A stretch of DNA of 64,000 nt from Isurus oxyrinchus (Eukaryota), in the NCBI GenBank assembly GCA_026770705.1, contig JANJGN010000052.1:2604001-2668000 (forward strand). The letters run 5' to 3'. Below, in pieces: positions 12,446 through 25,029 of this stretch. The notes beneath the pieces were generated by a model. It did no database searches. It was not told the origin of the DNA and was given only the letters and a program-made list of their open reading frames with translations. The position numbers and the translations under genes are program-made. Numbering within the stretch: the stretch's first letter is position 1; each line of letters opens with the position of its first letter.

Positions 12446-13672
12446 TGTTATCATCCCAGCTGATGTTACTACTGGGCAAGTCAGATCCCAGGGTGGAACT
12501 CAGCTTGATAGGTCCTAACTTTTATTTATTATTTAGGAATGTGGAGTACGGCTACTGAACAGAGTCACAGGAATCATCTGATGAACTTCTAACAAAAGAA
12601 TAAAACATTTATTAAACTAGGAAAGACAAACTATATTACATTACTCCTTCACCCAGACCTATACATTTACAGATTCATAAGTAGAACATAAGTTACAATA
12701 GTTATCGTATACTCTCATGTTCACACTAAGTACACAGTCGATGTAAACCAATAGACGACCTGGGGTCAGGGACACCATATTCTTAAAGAAACTGACAGAA
12801 CCCACTTGAAACAAATGCCAAGTCTCCCTCCTCATCTGACCCCAGACGCTTGTTACACTGTGAGCCAACCAGTCTCACTGACTCTCCAAGAACTCGCTTT
12901 GGAATCTTTTCCAACATGACACTTTCACTCAGACACCTTCCACAAGGGTCCACTTTCACTATTTCAAACTCTCCTTCCCATGTTCCTGTCCCCTGGATCG
13001 CCACGTGCATTCAGCCTTCCTTCCACGCCCTGACTCTCCAATGCTCAGCCGTGTCAATGGAACACCATGGCTTCACATGGCCGTAGTAATGCGTCACCAA
13101 CCTGTGGTGTCTCCTAGGATCTTCTGGCTTCTCGCAAGCCTATTTTGCTTTAGGTCTGTGTCCTGCTGCTTTCTCCCTTTATGTTTGGAGCCTTCTTCTG
13201 CTCCTCACTCTTAACTTCACTTTACAGGGCCTTTCCCAGATTTGACTAGAAGGTTTTCTTGGGCCCTTTCTCCTGTTCCACTCGATGGTTTTGGCTTCAT
13301 CTTTTCTTTGGGACTGACTATCTGTCCCGCTCCTTTGCTGCTTCTCCTGGCAACTCCTTTCAACAGAACTGAAAGTATTTTTCTGTTTTTCTCGGTCTCT
13401 GTGGGTCCTTCCCTCTGGACCACTGTTACTAGGCAACAGCACAGTTTCTTCTACCTTGTGTTTGTTTTGACTTCCCTTCAAGAGTCATAAAAACTCATTA
13501 GATAGGCGGCTTCTTCCAAAGTGAAACCAAAACTCAAGTTCCCCCTTTTCTAAAAACCCAAATACAGAAATAAAAACTAAACTTGAACTGAAAGATATAC
13601 CTTATGCCTAACACACACAAATACACAGAGAACTTCCTTAACCCAACCCCAGTTCCAAGAAATAACATGACA
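12446..13672. mobile_element. Solo LTR nested inside the Gypsy LTR
   Basis: TGTTATCA...CATGACA termini; paralogue at 27402-28643. Confidence 0.65.
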
Positions 13673-14350
13673 CACTTCCCCTCGAGGGATGTCATGCTGC
13701 TGTCCCTGAAAGGCATATTACAACAGTGTTATCACTTGGCAGGTGATGTGTGCCAGGCAGACCAAGTCCCTGAGAGAAACCTGGTCACACTATCATAATG
13801 ATTTTGCAATTTGTATTTATTATGAGATGTGCGCACTTAATTCAGAAGCAATAAGTCCACAAAGACCTTTAGAGATTTAAAAAAATAAATTAAATATTTG
13901 CCATCAAAATAAAAGATTTCAAGATTACATTGTAAGACTACAATGACTGCTATAATGACTCCTAAAATTCCTAATTAACCTGTCTCCCAGTTACACTCCC
14001 TTTAAGGCAACAGACCAAAAATAGATGTTAGATTTAAAACAAACTCAGCAAGTTATCCCACTGCCCTGGACAATGGAATTCCAAATGGATTTTCCCCAAC
14101 TTCAGTTCTGTTGGATAGCAGGCTTGTGCACAAACAGGGTCCTGAGGACCATGAGCCAATGTAGAATGAACTTGTCCATTCCTGTGTCCAGGATTCTCTT
14201 CAATCTGTTGTGAAACCTTGGGGCATTCATTGTGAGACCTGTAGATTGTGCAGACTGCAGCCACTGTGCCCCAGTGACAGAAGCGGTGGATATTGAGTCT
14301 AGGGGATTGACAAAACATTCAGAGTTAAATATTGATATTTCTCGCCCTAG

Positions 14351-14716
14351 TTGGACTACCACAAGTGTGGAAAAGCGACACTCCACAAGAGGTGACAGCG
14401 CAGGAAGGTTCGTGTGTACAGATTCCGTGTCATTACGGTTATCCATCATATTTAGTAGCGAGATCACCTGTCGGAATCTGGTATATGAGAAGGAATTGGG
14501 AAACATTGTCTATAGCCTTTCACTCCAAGGATCACAGTCACGAGTTACCACGGTTCCACCATCGGACCCGGCTGTCTGGAGACCTGAAAGATGGTGACTG
14601 TTCCCTGATTATAGACAACATCAGACGGGAAGATGCAGGACCTTATTTTTTCAGAATAGAATTTGACAATGGTCCGAGCCATAACTATTACCCTGAAACC
14701 CAGCTTCACGTTTCTG
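14351..14716 (+). CDS. Gene A V1: Siglec V-set exon with essential Arg present (YFFRIE)
   Basis: GSCVQIPC, DCSL and F-strand YFFR (no canonical F-strand Cys) form the Siglec intra-sheet disulfide pattern; AG and GT flanks; 366 nt, phase 1-1. Confidence 0.92.
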
Positions 14717-15529
14717 GTAAGTGCTGTGTTATAATTACTCAACAATTCACATCCAACACTCAATGGGAAATAATAGTGTTTGATTTGCTTGTTTTTTGGC
14801 CGTGTTAACCAGCGTCACTATTTTTAATGATTTGTCTATTTCTGCTCCCAGATCCATGAACTTATTGTGTGTGATTGAATCCACATCATAGCTGTAACGT
14901 AAACCGAGCTGAGGGGTGATGACACCTCCCCGCTGAGTGAAGTATCTCCTCCCCACTACACCTTCTACCCCTCACACTGTCCGTGTAAACCCCTGTCCCA
15001 TCTCCAGCCTCTCTTTCCCCTCCAAAATCCTGCAACCTGTTTCCATCTCCCGAATCCGTTCCAGCATCGGCAGCCGTGCCTTCAACTGCCTGGGACCCGA
15101 GCTCTGTAATACCCTCCCTCAACCCCTCTCCATACCTCTCTCTCACTCTCTCAATCTCTCTCGCACTCTCGCTCGCTATCCATTTCATCCCCCTTTTAAG
15201 ATTCTCCATAACACCGACCTCTTCTGGCCAGCTGTCGCTAATATCTCCACATGTGTCTGGGTGACATACTTTGTTTTATGACGCTCCTGTGTAGCACCTT
15301 GCGGTGATTTGTCATGTTAAAGTTGTTGTGTAAATATAAGTTGTTGCCCTTTGACCCTCGAGCTCAGCTCGAGTCTTATTTTAGAGGGAATGTACAACCT
15401 CCTTAGATTTCTGACCAAAATGTCATTTGATTATTTTTATTGAGCGAATGCCAAGCCCCGATACCGAGCGAGAGCCTCCTCATTTGCTGAGTTTAAGGTG
15501 ATGAGTCAGCCCCTTAGTCCGTAGACGGG

Positions 15530-15815
15530 ATTCTCCTCAGTAATGTGCAGCCTTGTTTGTGTCTCTCCACAAGCGCATGAGGGGTTTGTACAGAGGCTGC
15601 AGCGCTGGAGGGGGTCTGCACAGGGGTCCTGGCCTGTCCTGAGCCGGTTTTAGCAAGGACCACTCTGGCCTTGGCAGCTGAAAGCCAGCCATTGGACAGA
15701 CGGGGCCTGTCACAAGGAGCCTGTTAGTCACTCCCCACCGTGTCTCCTGTGCTCGGATCCAGACCATGTTGGCTGGTGGATCTGGCTCAGGAAGGGTCCT
15801 CCCCATGGGTCCCCC
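15530..15815 (-). mobile_element. Non-LTR retrotransposon ORF2 C-terminal fragment
   Basis: Minus-strand GFQLPRPEWSLL... followed after a frameshift by a CxCG..QT..HI-like zinc-finger remnant. Confidence 0.45.
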
Positions 15816-15894
15816 AGATGGAAGGTGGGTCGAGCGGGTCAGTCACTTGCATGTTTATTCTGCAGCTTTAATATTTTAAGATGGTAAGAATGTA

Positions 15895-16680
15895 GGATCA
15901 TAAGAAATAGGAACAGGAGCAGGCCATTCGGCCCCTCGAGCCTGCTCTCACTGATCTGGTTGTGGCCTTAACTCCATTTTCCTGCCTGTCCCCCAAACCC
16001 TTGACTCCCTTGTCGATCAAAAACCTGCCTCACTCAGCCTTGAGTCTATTCAATGGCCCAGCCTCCACTGCTCTCTGGGGAAGAGAAGTCCACAGGCTAG
16101 CGCCCCTCTGAGAGAGGAAGTTCCTCCTCATCTCAGTCTTAAATGGGAGAGCCCTCATTTCGAAACTGTGCTCCCTGGTTCTAGATTCCCCCACGAGGGG
16201 GAAACATCCTCCCAGCATCCACCCTGTCAAGCCCCCTCGGAATCGGATATGTTTCAATAAGGTCACCCCTCATTCTTCTAAACTCCAATGGATACAGGCC
16301 CAACCTGCTCAACATTTCCTCACAGGACAAACCCATTAATCCCAGGAATCAGCCCAGTGAAGCTTCTCTGAACTGCTTGTACACACTGCTCCTGATACAA
16401 TCTCACCCTGTGCAGCTGTTGCAAGACTTCCCTCCTTTTATACTCCATCCCTTTGCAATAAAGGCCAACATTCCACTTGCCTTCCTCATTCCGTGGTGTT
16501 CCTGAATGCTGACTTTCTGTGATTCATGTACAAGGACACCCAGATCCCTCTGTACTGCATTCTGCAGCCTGTCTCCATTTAAATAATATCCTGTTTTTCT
16601 ATTCTTCCTGCCAAAATAATTTGTTGCCATTCTCCTCAGTATTGACCATCCCCCCAATTCAGCCTCATCTGTAAATTTTG
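15895..16680 (-). mobile_element. CR1-type LINE 3' fragment; paralogues at about 32000-32830 and 35550-36380
   Basis: Minus-strand RDLGVLVHESQKV..., FKTEMRRNFLSQR, and the CR1 3' tail. Confidence 0.85.
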
Positions 16681-16735
16681 AGTCTAGCGGATCCACAAAC
16701 CATCCAGAGTTAAATATTGATATTTCTCTCCCCAG

Positions 16736-17104
16736 TTGGACTGTCACAAGAGTGGAAAGTTGACACTCCACGAGAGGTGACAGCGCAGGAAGGTTCGTGT
16801 GTACAGATTCCATGTCATTACAGTTATCCATCGTGTCTGGAAAACCAACCGCGAGGTGGAGTCTGGTTTAATAATGAGGAACAGATTCCCTGGGCTCCCA
16901 TTGCCTTTCACTCCAAGGATCACAGTCATGAGTTACCACGTTTCCACAATCGGACCCGGCTGTCTGGAGACCTGAAAGATGGCGACTGTTCCCTGATTAT
17001 AAACAACATCAGACGGGAAGATGCAGGACCTTATTTTTTCAGAATAGAATTTGACAATGGTCCGAGCCATAACTATTACCCTGTAACCCAGCTTCACGTT
17101 TCTG
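16736..17104 (+). CDS. Gene A V2: Siglec V-set exon, Arg present, extra B-C loop Cys
   Basis: CCCAG acceptor, G|GTAAGT donor, 369 nt open, same signature motifs as V1. Confidence 0.92.
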
Positions 17105-17832
17105 GTAAGTGCTGTGTTATAATTACTCAACAATTCACATCCAACACTCAATGGGAAATAACACAAACTGTGACGTTTACATATTAACACAAAACACAGC
17201 TTATTATAACACACTGTCTGATTCTCAATAACCTGGTGATAGCTTCCAGTTCAGTCCTAAAGCAACCTCTAATACTCACTTTAATGACAATGATTAAATG
17301 TATTGACTGTGTCCATCAATGTTATCAGGTTATCCACTCCCATCGATCTCTCTAATCCTGTCTTGAAGTCTGACATATCGACAGAAGAAAGATTCACATT
17401 TCTGTAGCACCTTTCACCACCTCACCACGGACGAAATCACTTCACAGCCAATGAGCTGATTCCTGAATTGTAGTTACTGTTGTAATGTGAGAAACACAGC
17501 AGCCAATTTGTGCACAGCAAGCTCCCACAAATTGCAAAGTAATAAATGGCCCAGATTGCTGAGTGAATGATGGGGTAGTGCACTCCAAACTCTGGTCTGC
17601 TCCTTCACCCTCACCCACTATTATCAGTTCAAGTGTCTCGGAGTGAACGTGTATTAAGCTGAGAGACAGAAATACCAAAGTCTCAAAGCAGGAAATTCTC
17701 TCCTGATCATTGTAATCTCTCAGATCTGATATCATCCTTGTAAAAGTGCTTTTTCTTGTGGGACTGTGATTTCTATTTGAACTGATGCTTCACGTTATAT
17801 TTCTCTAAAAGGATCCATTCTCTGTCTGTTAG

Positions 17833-18129
17833 ATTTCACAGATAAACCCACGATATTCCCTGCTGAAATTATTGCAGGAAAGCGTGTGGATGTAAGCTGC
17901 ACCTTCAACACAACGTGCAATGGAACAGCAGCACCTGTCTTAACCTGGGACACTCCCACTGACGTACCTGGATCAGTCTCAAACACTGTAACTCAGCATG
18001 GTGTCACTCTGACCTATACTTCTGTTCTGACCCTGATCCCATCACTCAAACACCACGGACACACTCTCAGCTGCAGAGTGAGATATCCATCTGTTTCATC
18101 GGAGCGGACCCTCGTACTAACTGTGCAAG
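17833..18129 (+). CDS. Gene A C2-set exon 1 (DFTDKPTIF...CTFNTTC...LSCRV...LTVQ)
   Basis: TTAG acceptor, G|GTAAGT donor, 297 nt. The CxxxxxC pattern is typical of Siglec domain 2. Confidence 0.92.
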
Positions 18130-18452
18130 GTAAGTACGGACACCCTTCATTCTACATCAGCACTCCCTCAGCGCTGACCCTCTGACAGTGCAGCCCGTTC
18201 TCAGTATCCACATTCTCATGCCTCTCAAAGTGCTTCACAGTCGATAGAAGTTAACTGATCTTTATTTGATTGTTGCTGAATGAAGAGACAAGCTGTCTAA
18301 ACTTTACATCTCACACACATTATTTTCCATGGCAACACCTCCTCCAATCAGTGACCACTTGCTGATTAACCAGCACTCTCTTCCCTTTGAATATAAATTG
18401 TTGTTCACTTTCTGTTGGTAAACCTGCAATCTGTCTTGTTGAGTCCGGTCCT

Positions 18453-18604
18453 GACATCTGAATATTACAATGAACAGAACAAGTTCCAACAATGAGCTGT
18501 GGTTGGTGATTCCTCACGTTACATCCAGGGACACTGGAGACTATCAGTGTGCTCAGTGAATGAACATGGAGCAGTGGAGGGGTTCATAACCATCACTGTG
18601 GAAC
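18453..18604 (+). pseudogene. Decayed 3' half of C2 exon 2 (pseudo-exon) in gene A
   Basis: Near-identical to about 42464-42616, but the 5' half and acceptor are missing, there is a net -1 indel after YQC, and the donor is changed from GTGAGT to GTTAGT. Confidence 0.85.
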
Positions 18605-19717
18605 GTTAGTTAAGACAAACTTCAACATCTCTCTCAGATTGAAACACTACAACAACACACATAAATATACAGCCTTATATCGACACCTGCAGACACACAA
18701 TCTCACATCTATGAGCACACACAAAGACACACTCACAAACAAACACACTAGCACATACTCCCCTGTGGATTACCTGACCTCCCTCAGTGCTGCACCGGTG
18801 AGTTGACCTGGATTCTGGATTTGTGTTCCCTTTCATATTTATGGAAGAATATGGAAATTGCAAAGTCTATTACAGACACTCAGATGCACAGAGATACTCA
18901 CAGATACTCTCTGCCTCTCCAACTCTCTATCCTCCTTTAAGAACCTTCCTGAAATCTAACTCTTTGACCAGTCACCAGTCCCAATTCCTCCTTACGTGAT
19001 TTTGTGTGAAATTTTGTTTGAGTATTTGAGAGTAAGAGGAAAGTGGAGAGGTTTAGGAATGGAATTCCTGTTGGTGAAAAGCTTACATCAAGTTCTCAGC
19101 TTTCCAGTGCCCATTTTTCACATGATGTCCATGTTCATAATGGGGATTGCCTATGTAAACGTCACGCTGTAGTTACACTCTCCCACCAGTGGTGGCACGG
19201 TCGCACTTAACCCTTGCATCTCCAAGCTTTTCAAGCAATTTCACTTCCTAATTTCCTACTATTCACCTCAACCATTCCCTGTGGGAGCGAGTTCCACATT
19301 CTCCCCTCTCTCTGGGTAAAGATTGGAACTGTTTATTAAGCGGGGGGTGTAAGTCCGTGGGGGAGTCCATCTCGATCCTGCCCGATTCGCACACGCGTCC
19401 AAGATGGATTTCCACCCTGCACTAAACGTTTCCAGAATTTTCTACAGCACAATCCTGTACACAGCGATGGAGAGAAACATTGGACAGGGAGTCCAACAGC
19501 ACAATGATCCATTCTCACCAATGTTCCACGCTAAGGGGAAAGTTCCGATTGTCCACTCTTAGAGTGTTTACAGTGAAAACATTCATTCCACATTGAATCC
19601 CAGTGGATGGGTCAATATTACAGCAAATGTTGCAGTGATATGAAGCTTGATTGTTCAGCCAGAGTGAGAGATTGAAAGCGGAGAGTCAGTGATGATTTCT
19701 TTCTGTGTGTTCTCTAG

Positions 19718-19857
19718 ACAGTGGAGGAGAGATTCTGCACGTGATTCTGATCCTGGGAATACGAGCTGTGATATTCCTTGTGCCTGTGGTTATCACTATC
19801 ACTGGAGTCTGTGTCTGGGAGAGACAAACAGTGAAAGGAAGTCGACAGACTGTTTGA
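19718..19857 (+). CDS. Gene A TM/terminal exon (DSGGEILHVILILGIRAVIFLVPVVITITGVCVWERQTVKGSRQTV*)
   Basis: TCTCTAG acceptor, phase 1, long hydrophobic run containing Arg (CGA at 19762-19764), 12-aa Tyr-free tail, TGA at 19855-19857. Confidence 0.8.
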
Positions 19858-19964
19858 AGCTTTGTACAGCAACAATCTGGTCAGTCAGTGCGGACAAATA
19901 ACGTGTGATGTTGGGTTAAGTTGTAATGAAACTGGTCAGTGTCCTGGTTAGAATCACCTTCGTA

Positions 19965-20580
19965 TCAGAGAGGCATTCCAGCACAGTGGGAGCCCATTCA
20001 GCCCATTGAGTCCATGCTGCCTCTCTGTAAAGCAATACAGTCAGTCCCATTCCCCCGCTCTATCCCCGTATCTCTGCAAGTTTATTTCCCCTCAAGTGTC
20101 CATCCAATTTCCTTTTGAAATCGTTCATCGTCTCAACTTCCACCATCCTCGTAGGCAGCGAGTTCCAGCTCATTACCACTCGCTGTGTAAAAAAGTTCCT
20201 CCTCACATCGCCCCTCTGCCCAAAACCTTCAATCTGTGTCCCCCAGTCCTTGTCTCATCAGCTAATGGCAACAGCTTCTCTTTGTCTGCCTTATCTAAAC
20301 CCATCATCATCTTGTACACCTCGATCAGATCCCCCCTCAATCTCCTTTGCTCCAAGGAGAACAACCCCAGCTTCTCCAACCCAACCTTGTAGCTAAAATC
20401 CCTCATCCCTGGACCCATTCTGCTCAATCTCCTCCCCACCCTCTCAAGGACCCTCACTTCCTTCCCAAAGTGAGGAGACCAGAACTGGACACAATACTCT
20501 AGTTGTGACATAACCAGAGCTTTATAAATGTTCAGCATAACCTCCCTGTGTTTGTACTCAATCCCTCGATTTATGAAAAG
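19965..20580 (-). mobile_element. CR1-type LINE 3' fragment
   Basis: Minus-strand LEYCVQFWSPH...LGLFSLEQRRLRGDLIEVYK. Confidence 0.88.
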
Positions 20581-21289
20581 CTTATTCTTTCCATCAGCAC
20601 AAACAGCAATTTCCAAGCGGACTCCCATCAGCAGACAGAGTGCAATGAAACATCGGCATGCCTGCTTCTTAATGTACGGAGAGAAACCTGGAACGAGAGA
20701 TTCTCCTTCTTCTCCTCAGCAAGCTGAAACTTTTCCTTATACCTGGTGCTCCCCAGTCCTGCTGTGTGGACACATCTTAACCACGGCATTGTCTGGCTGT
20801 GTGCAGCCAACATGGTCGAATAGGAATGAACAGAAATGTGACGTTGCTAAACTCTGTTCTCTGATTGGAATGTGCTTTCTGAATGCTGCACCTTTTTCAT
20901 GCTGCGATAGATTGTAAGAAGCATTTGTGTTATGAATAAAATTACATTGATTTACTCAAGTGATTAAAATGCTCAGCCTGTTCTGTAGATATTTATAGAT
21001 TAAAATTCTTATTTTGAAGCCAAATTTTTGGCTCAAAGACATTACTTCATGTTGTCACATTTGTTCTATCATACAAATTCCTGTGCCCATCTTTATAATG
21101 GAAATTTCCCATGTAAACATGTCACATTGTAGTTTCACACTCCTGCCAGTGGTGGTGCCATTCCAAAGCTGTCTTGCTGCACCAAACTGAGAAATATTCT
21201 CGACGTATACATGATGTTGTTGTTACACGGACATCAGGCGGAACCTTGGGCAGTGCCTAGAATGCACTTAGGACAGTGCAGACCACGCT

Positions 21290-23180
21290 CAGAACTGACA
21301 GTGCAGCGTTTCCTCAGTGCTGACCCTCCGTCAGTGCAGCGTTCCCTCATTACTGTCCCTCTGACAGTGCTGCACTACCTCATTATTGACCCTTTTCAAG
21401 TGCAGCACCCCGTCAGCACTGACCTTCTGACAGTGCAGCACTCCCTCTTGGATGACAATCTGGCAGTGCAGCACTCCCTCAGTACTCACTCACCCACAGT
21501 GCAGCATTCCCTCAGTACTGATCCTCTGATACTGTATCCCTCCCTCACTACTGACCTTCCGACAGTTCAGCACTCCCTCAGTACTGACGCTCCCACAGTG
21601 CAGCTCTCCCTCAATTCTCACCCTCCCACAGTGCAGCCCTCCCTCTGTACACACCCTCCCACAGTGCAGCCCTCCCTCAGTACTCCCCCTCCCACAGTGC
21701 AGCACTCCCTCAGTACTCACCCTCCCACAGTGCAGCCCTCCCTCAGTACTCACTCTCCCGAAGTGCAGCACTCCCTCAGTACTCCCCCTCACACAGTGCA
21801 GCACTCCCTCAGTACTCCCCCTCCCACAGTGCAGCACTCCCTCAATTCTCACCCTCCCACAGTGCAGCACTCCCTCAGGACTCACCCTCCCACAGTGCAG
21901 CCCTCCCTCAGTACTCACTCTCCCGAAGTGCTGTGCGAGTTGTTTCAATCAAGACTGGTGCCCCAAGAGGGAGGTTTCCTTGCTAAATCATTGAATTCCG
22001 TGAAAATTATTTTTAGGCTTACGGGAACAAGACTTAGTTCCTCAAATCCTTTCTTTTGCAATAACACACAGTACAAGAATCTCTGTTTAAATAAATTCCA
22101 GTTAAACTTTGCCATGAAAGGATATCTCCTCACGCTCCGCTCTACCTCAGTACTAACCCTCCCACAGTCCGGCACCCCCTCAATACTGACCCTCCAACTG
22201 TGCGGAACTCACTCAGTACAGACCCTCCGACAGTGCAGCACTCCCACATTACTGACCCTCTGACAGTGCAGCCCTCCCACATTACTGACCCTCTGACAGT
22301 GCAGCACTCCCTCATTACTGACCACCTGACAGTGCAGACGTCCCACATTACTGACCCTCTGACAGTGCAGCCCTCCCACATTACTGACCCTCTGACTGTG
22401 CAGCCCTCCCACATTACTGACCCTCTGATAGTGCAGCACTCCCTCATTACTGACCACCTGACAATGCAGACCTCCCACATTACTGACCCTCTGACAGTGC
22501 CGCCCTCCCACATTACTGACCCTCTGACAGTGCAGCACTCCCTCATTACTGATCCTCTGACAGTGCAGCACTCCCTCAGTACTCACTCTCCCACAGTGCA
22601 GCACTCCCTCAGTACTCACACTCCCACAGTGCAGCCCGCGCTCAGTACTCACCCTCCCACAGTGCAGCACTCCCTCAGTACTCACCCTCCCACTGTGCTG
22701 TGCGAGTTGTTTCAATCAAGACTGGTGCCCAAAGAGGCAAGTTTCAAAGCTAAATCATTGAAATCTGTGAAAATTATTTTTAGGGTTATGGGAACAAGAC
22801 TTAGTTCCTCAAATCCTTTCTTTTGCAATAACACACAGTACAAGAATTGTGTTTAAATAAATTCCAGTTAAACTCTGCCATGAAAGGATATCTCCTCACA
22901 CTCCACTCTACCTCAGTACTAACCCTCCCACAGTCCGGCACCCCCTCAATACTGACCCTCCAACTGTGTGGAACCCACTCAGTGCAGACCCACCGACAGT
23001 TCAGCACTCCCACATTATTTACCCTCTGATAGTGCAGCACTCCCTCATTACTGACCCTCTGATGTTGCAGCACTCCCACATTACTGACTCTCTGACCGTG
23101 CAGCCCTCCCACATTACTGACCCTCTGATAGTGCAGCACTCCCACAGTACAGTGCCGCTGACAGTGCAGCACTCCCTCCG
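21290..23180 (+). repeat. Large 33-bp satellite array with a duplicated internal unique block of about 210 bp
   Basis: Tandem TVQHSLSTHPP-coding units; unique block at about 21930-22145 and 22697-22910. Confidence 0.92.
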
Positions 23181-23405
23181 TAATGATAACAGGGATCGTT
23201 GAAATGTATCATAAGGCCAGAGACCTGTATTGGGAACTCTTATCGCCTGAGTTTCAGCCTCCGAGGTGAGGGGGAGGAGTCTAATCCCACGGAGCCAATG
23301 GAGAAGCTTGATGACTACAGCTGCCCAAATATGAGCTGACAGATCATCACATGGTAAACGTTTTGCTGAGAGCACAAAACATCCTCGATCTTCTCACTGG
23401 TTACC

Positions 23406-23546
23406 CACTTCCTCATTTTGTCTCACAGTGACACATCAACCCTTTCTAATTAAACACACAGAGGGAGCAGCACAGGAAGAGGTCATTCAGCCCAAGCAGA
23501 GCGTGTGGGCAGTTCCTCCCCAGGCGAGCAGTCGGACAGGTCCTGG
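23406..23546 (+). promoter_or_regulatory. Putative promoter and non-coding exon 1, copy 3 (gene B)
   Basis: CACTTCCTCATT at 23406; donor GTAAGT at 23547; paralogue of copies 1 and 2. Confidence 0.55.
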
Positions 23547-23996
23547 GTAAGTAACGGAACGATTGGAATTCACTTCCACGACCAACACCGTCCTTTGTTG
23601 ATGTTGTGACTTTATAAAGACAGATTCCAATGATTGATGCATTTGAAAGATTTCTACTGATTATTGAGATCTGGGTGTGAGACTCAAGTCTGTTGCACAG
23701 AACATCTTTCTAGCTCAAGGGATGAGGGAAGTGCAGAGACATGAGCTTTGGGACGTCTTGAGGTGGTGAAAGGTGCTATAGAAATGCAAATCCTTCAATG
23801 TTTTTCTTTCTTAAAGCCTTGTAACTCTCTGCAGAGCACCTATCATCCCACAGAGAATCAAATTAGTCTGTCAAGACATTGTCCAAAAACAGTTCTGATC
23901 TCTTGAGAGCTGTCGGACAAGAGGTGAGGTCTCATTAACTCCTTTCTCTTTCAGAGTTTGAGAGTCAGAAGCTTATGAAATATTTGGGAGTGGACA

Positions 23997-24036
23997 ATGA
24001 TCGGGAAATCCTACTTCCTCCTGTCACTTCTCCAAG
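23997..24036 (+). CDS. Gene B leader exon (MIGKSYFLLSLLQ)
   Basis: Same peptide as the gene A leader; CAAG|GT donor. Confidence 0.87.
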
Positions 24037-25029
24037 GTAATAACATCGTCAGCTCGGACAGGTTTATGGCTAATAGTCTTTGTAAAAGATCATTCTTATT
24101 GAGTGTGATTGGGAACCGATTCAGCAGTGAGCCAGTGTACAAACTCACACCAAGTCCCATTCACCCATCACCCCTGTGCTCACTGATATACACTGATTCC
24201 CTGTCTGACAGCAGAATTGGAGGAGAGCAGAGATCTCAGAGGGTTTTAGGGTTGGAGGAGGTTACAGGGATCGGAAGTGTAGAGGGGGGATGGTGGGGTA
24301 AGAAATCGATGATGAGAATTTGAAATTTGAGTCATTGCTGGACTGGGAGCCAGTGTAGGTCAGCCAGTGACAGGGGAGCGATCGGCTGAATAGAGAATCA
24401 GGAACACCAACTGGGGGATGAAGTCTATCCTGATGCTGGGACTCGGATAACAATGCCCTGAAATTTTGTGTCTTTTGCTGATTTTGTCAGAATTTCCCAT
24501 GAAGACAACACAGCAGCTCCTAGAATAGACAGGCTGTTCAGTGTCACACTTCCTGTCCATTCTCACCATGCTAGATACTTCAATAAGGGAGCAAGATAAC
24601 TGAAAGAGAGAAGGAAGGTAAAGCTGTCTGTGTGTAAAACTGTCAAATATTCTGAGTTATCATGATTGTCTCTGACCTGCTGCAGAGTTTTAAGTTCTCA
24701 GAACATTAGCACTTTGCAGCTCAGAGAGAGACCATTGACTCACTGCCTGAAAGGCCGGTGGAAGCAGATTCAACAGGAACTTTCAGAAGGGGAACTAGAT
24801 AAATACTTGAAGGGGACATTTTGCAGGGCTGTGGAGGAGAGAGCAGAGGTGAGAGTGGGACTAATTGGACAGATCTTTCAAAGGCCCAGCACAGGCTCGA
24901 TGGGCCAAATGGCATCCTTCTGATCCGGATCATTCTACAATCTGATAAATTAAGCCCCACATCAGTAACTCTTCAGGCTCCTGCTGCAGGGATGGATCTT
25001 TGAGAAGGACAGGGAACAAGAGGTTCCTG

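Larger units (their letters stand above)
8370..13725 (-). mobile_element. Degenerate Ty3/Gypsy LTR retrotransposon in the gene A leader-V1 intron
   Basis: Minus-strand remnants of gag (MSTKFPSLNW..., zinc knuckle CKACGRKGH), protease (AKIDTGASANI) and integrase (WPGMNNDLE...ACQ). PBS-like TGGTGATCAGCGG lies next to an LTR starting TGTTGTG at 12255 and ending ACAACA at 13725. Many stops and frameshifts. Confidence 0.85.
7330..19857 (+). other. Gene A model: activating-type Siglec-like receptor, L-V-V-C2-TM(Arg)-short tail, 403 aa
   Basis: Join 7330-7369, 14351-14716, 16736-17104, 17833-18129, 19718-19857 gives 1212 nt, open, all junctions GT-AG and phase 1. AATAAA at 20935-20940. Confidence 0.75.

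Noticed and set aside
21211-23202. Long TVQHSLSTHPP mucin-like ORFs
   Set aside because: Translation of the dispersed 33-bp satellite, open on both strands, with no splice structure linking it to the genes.
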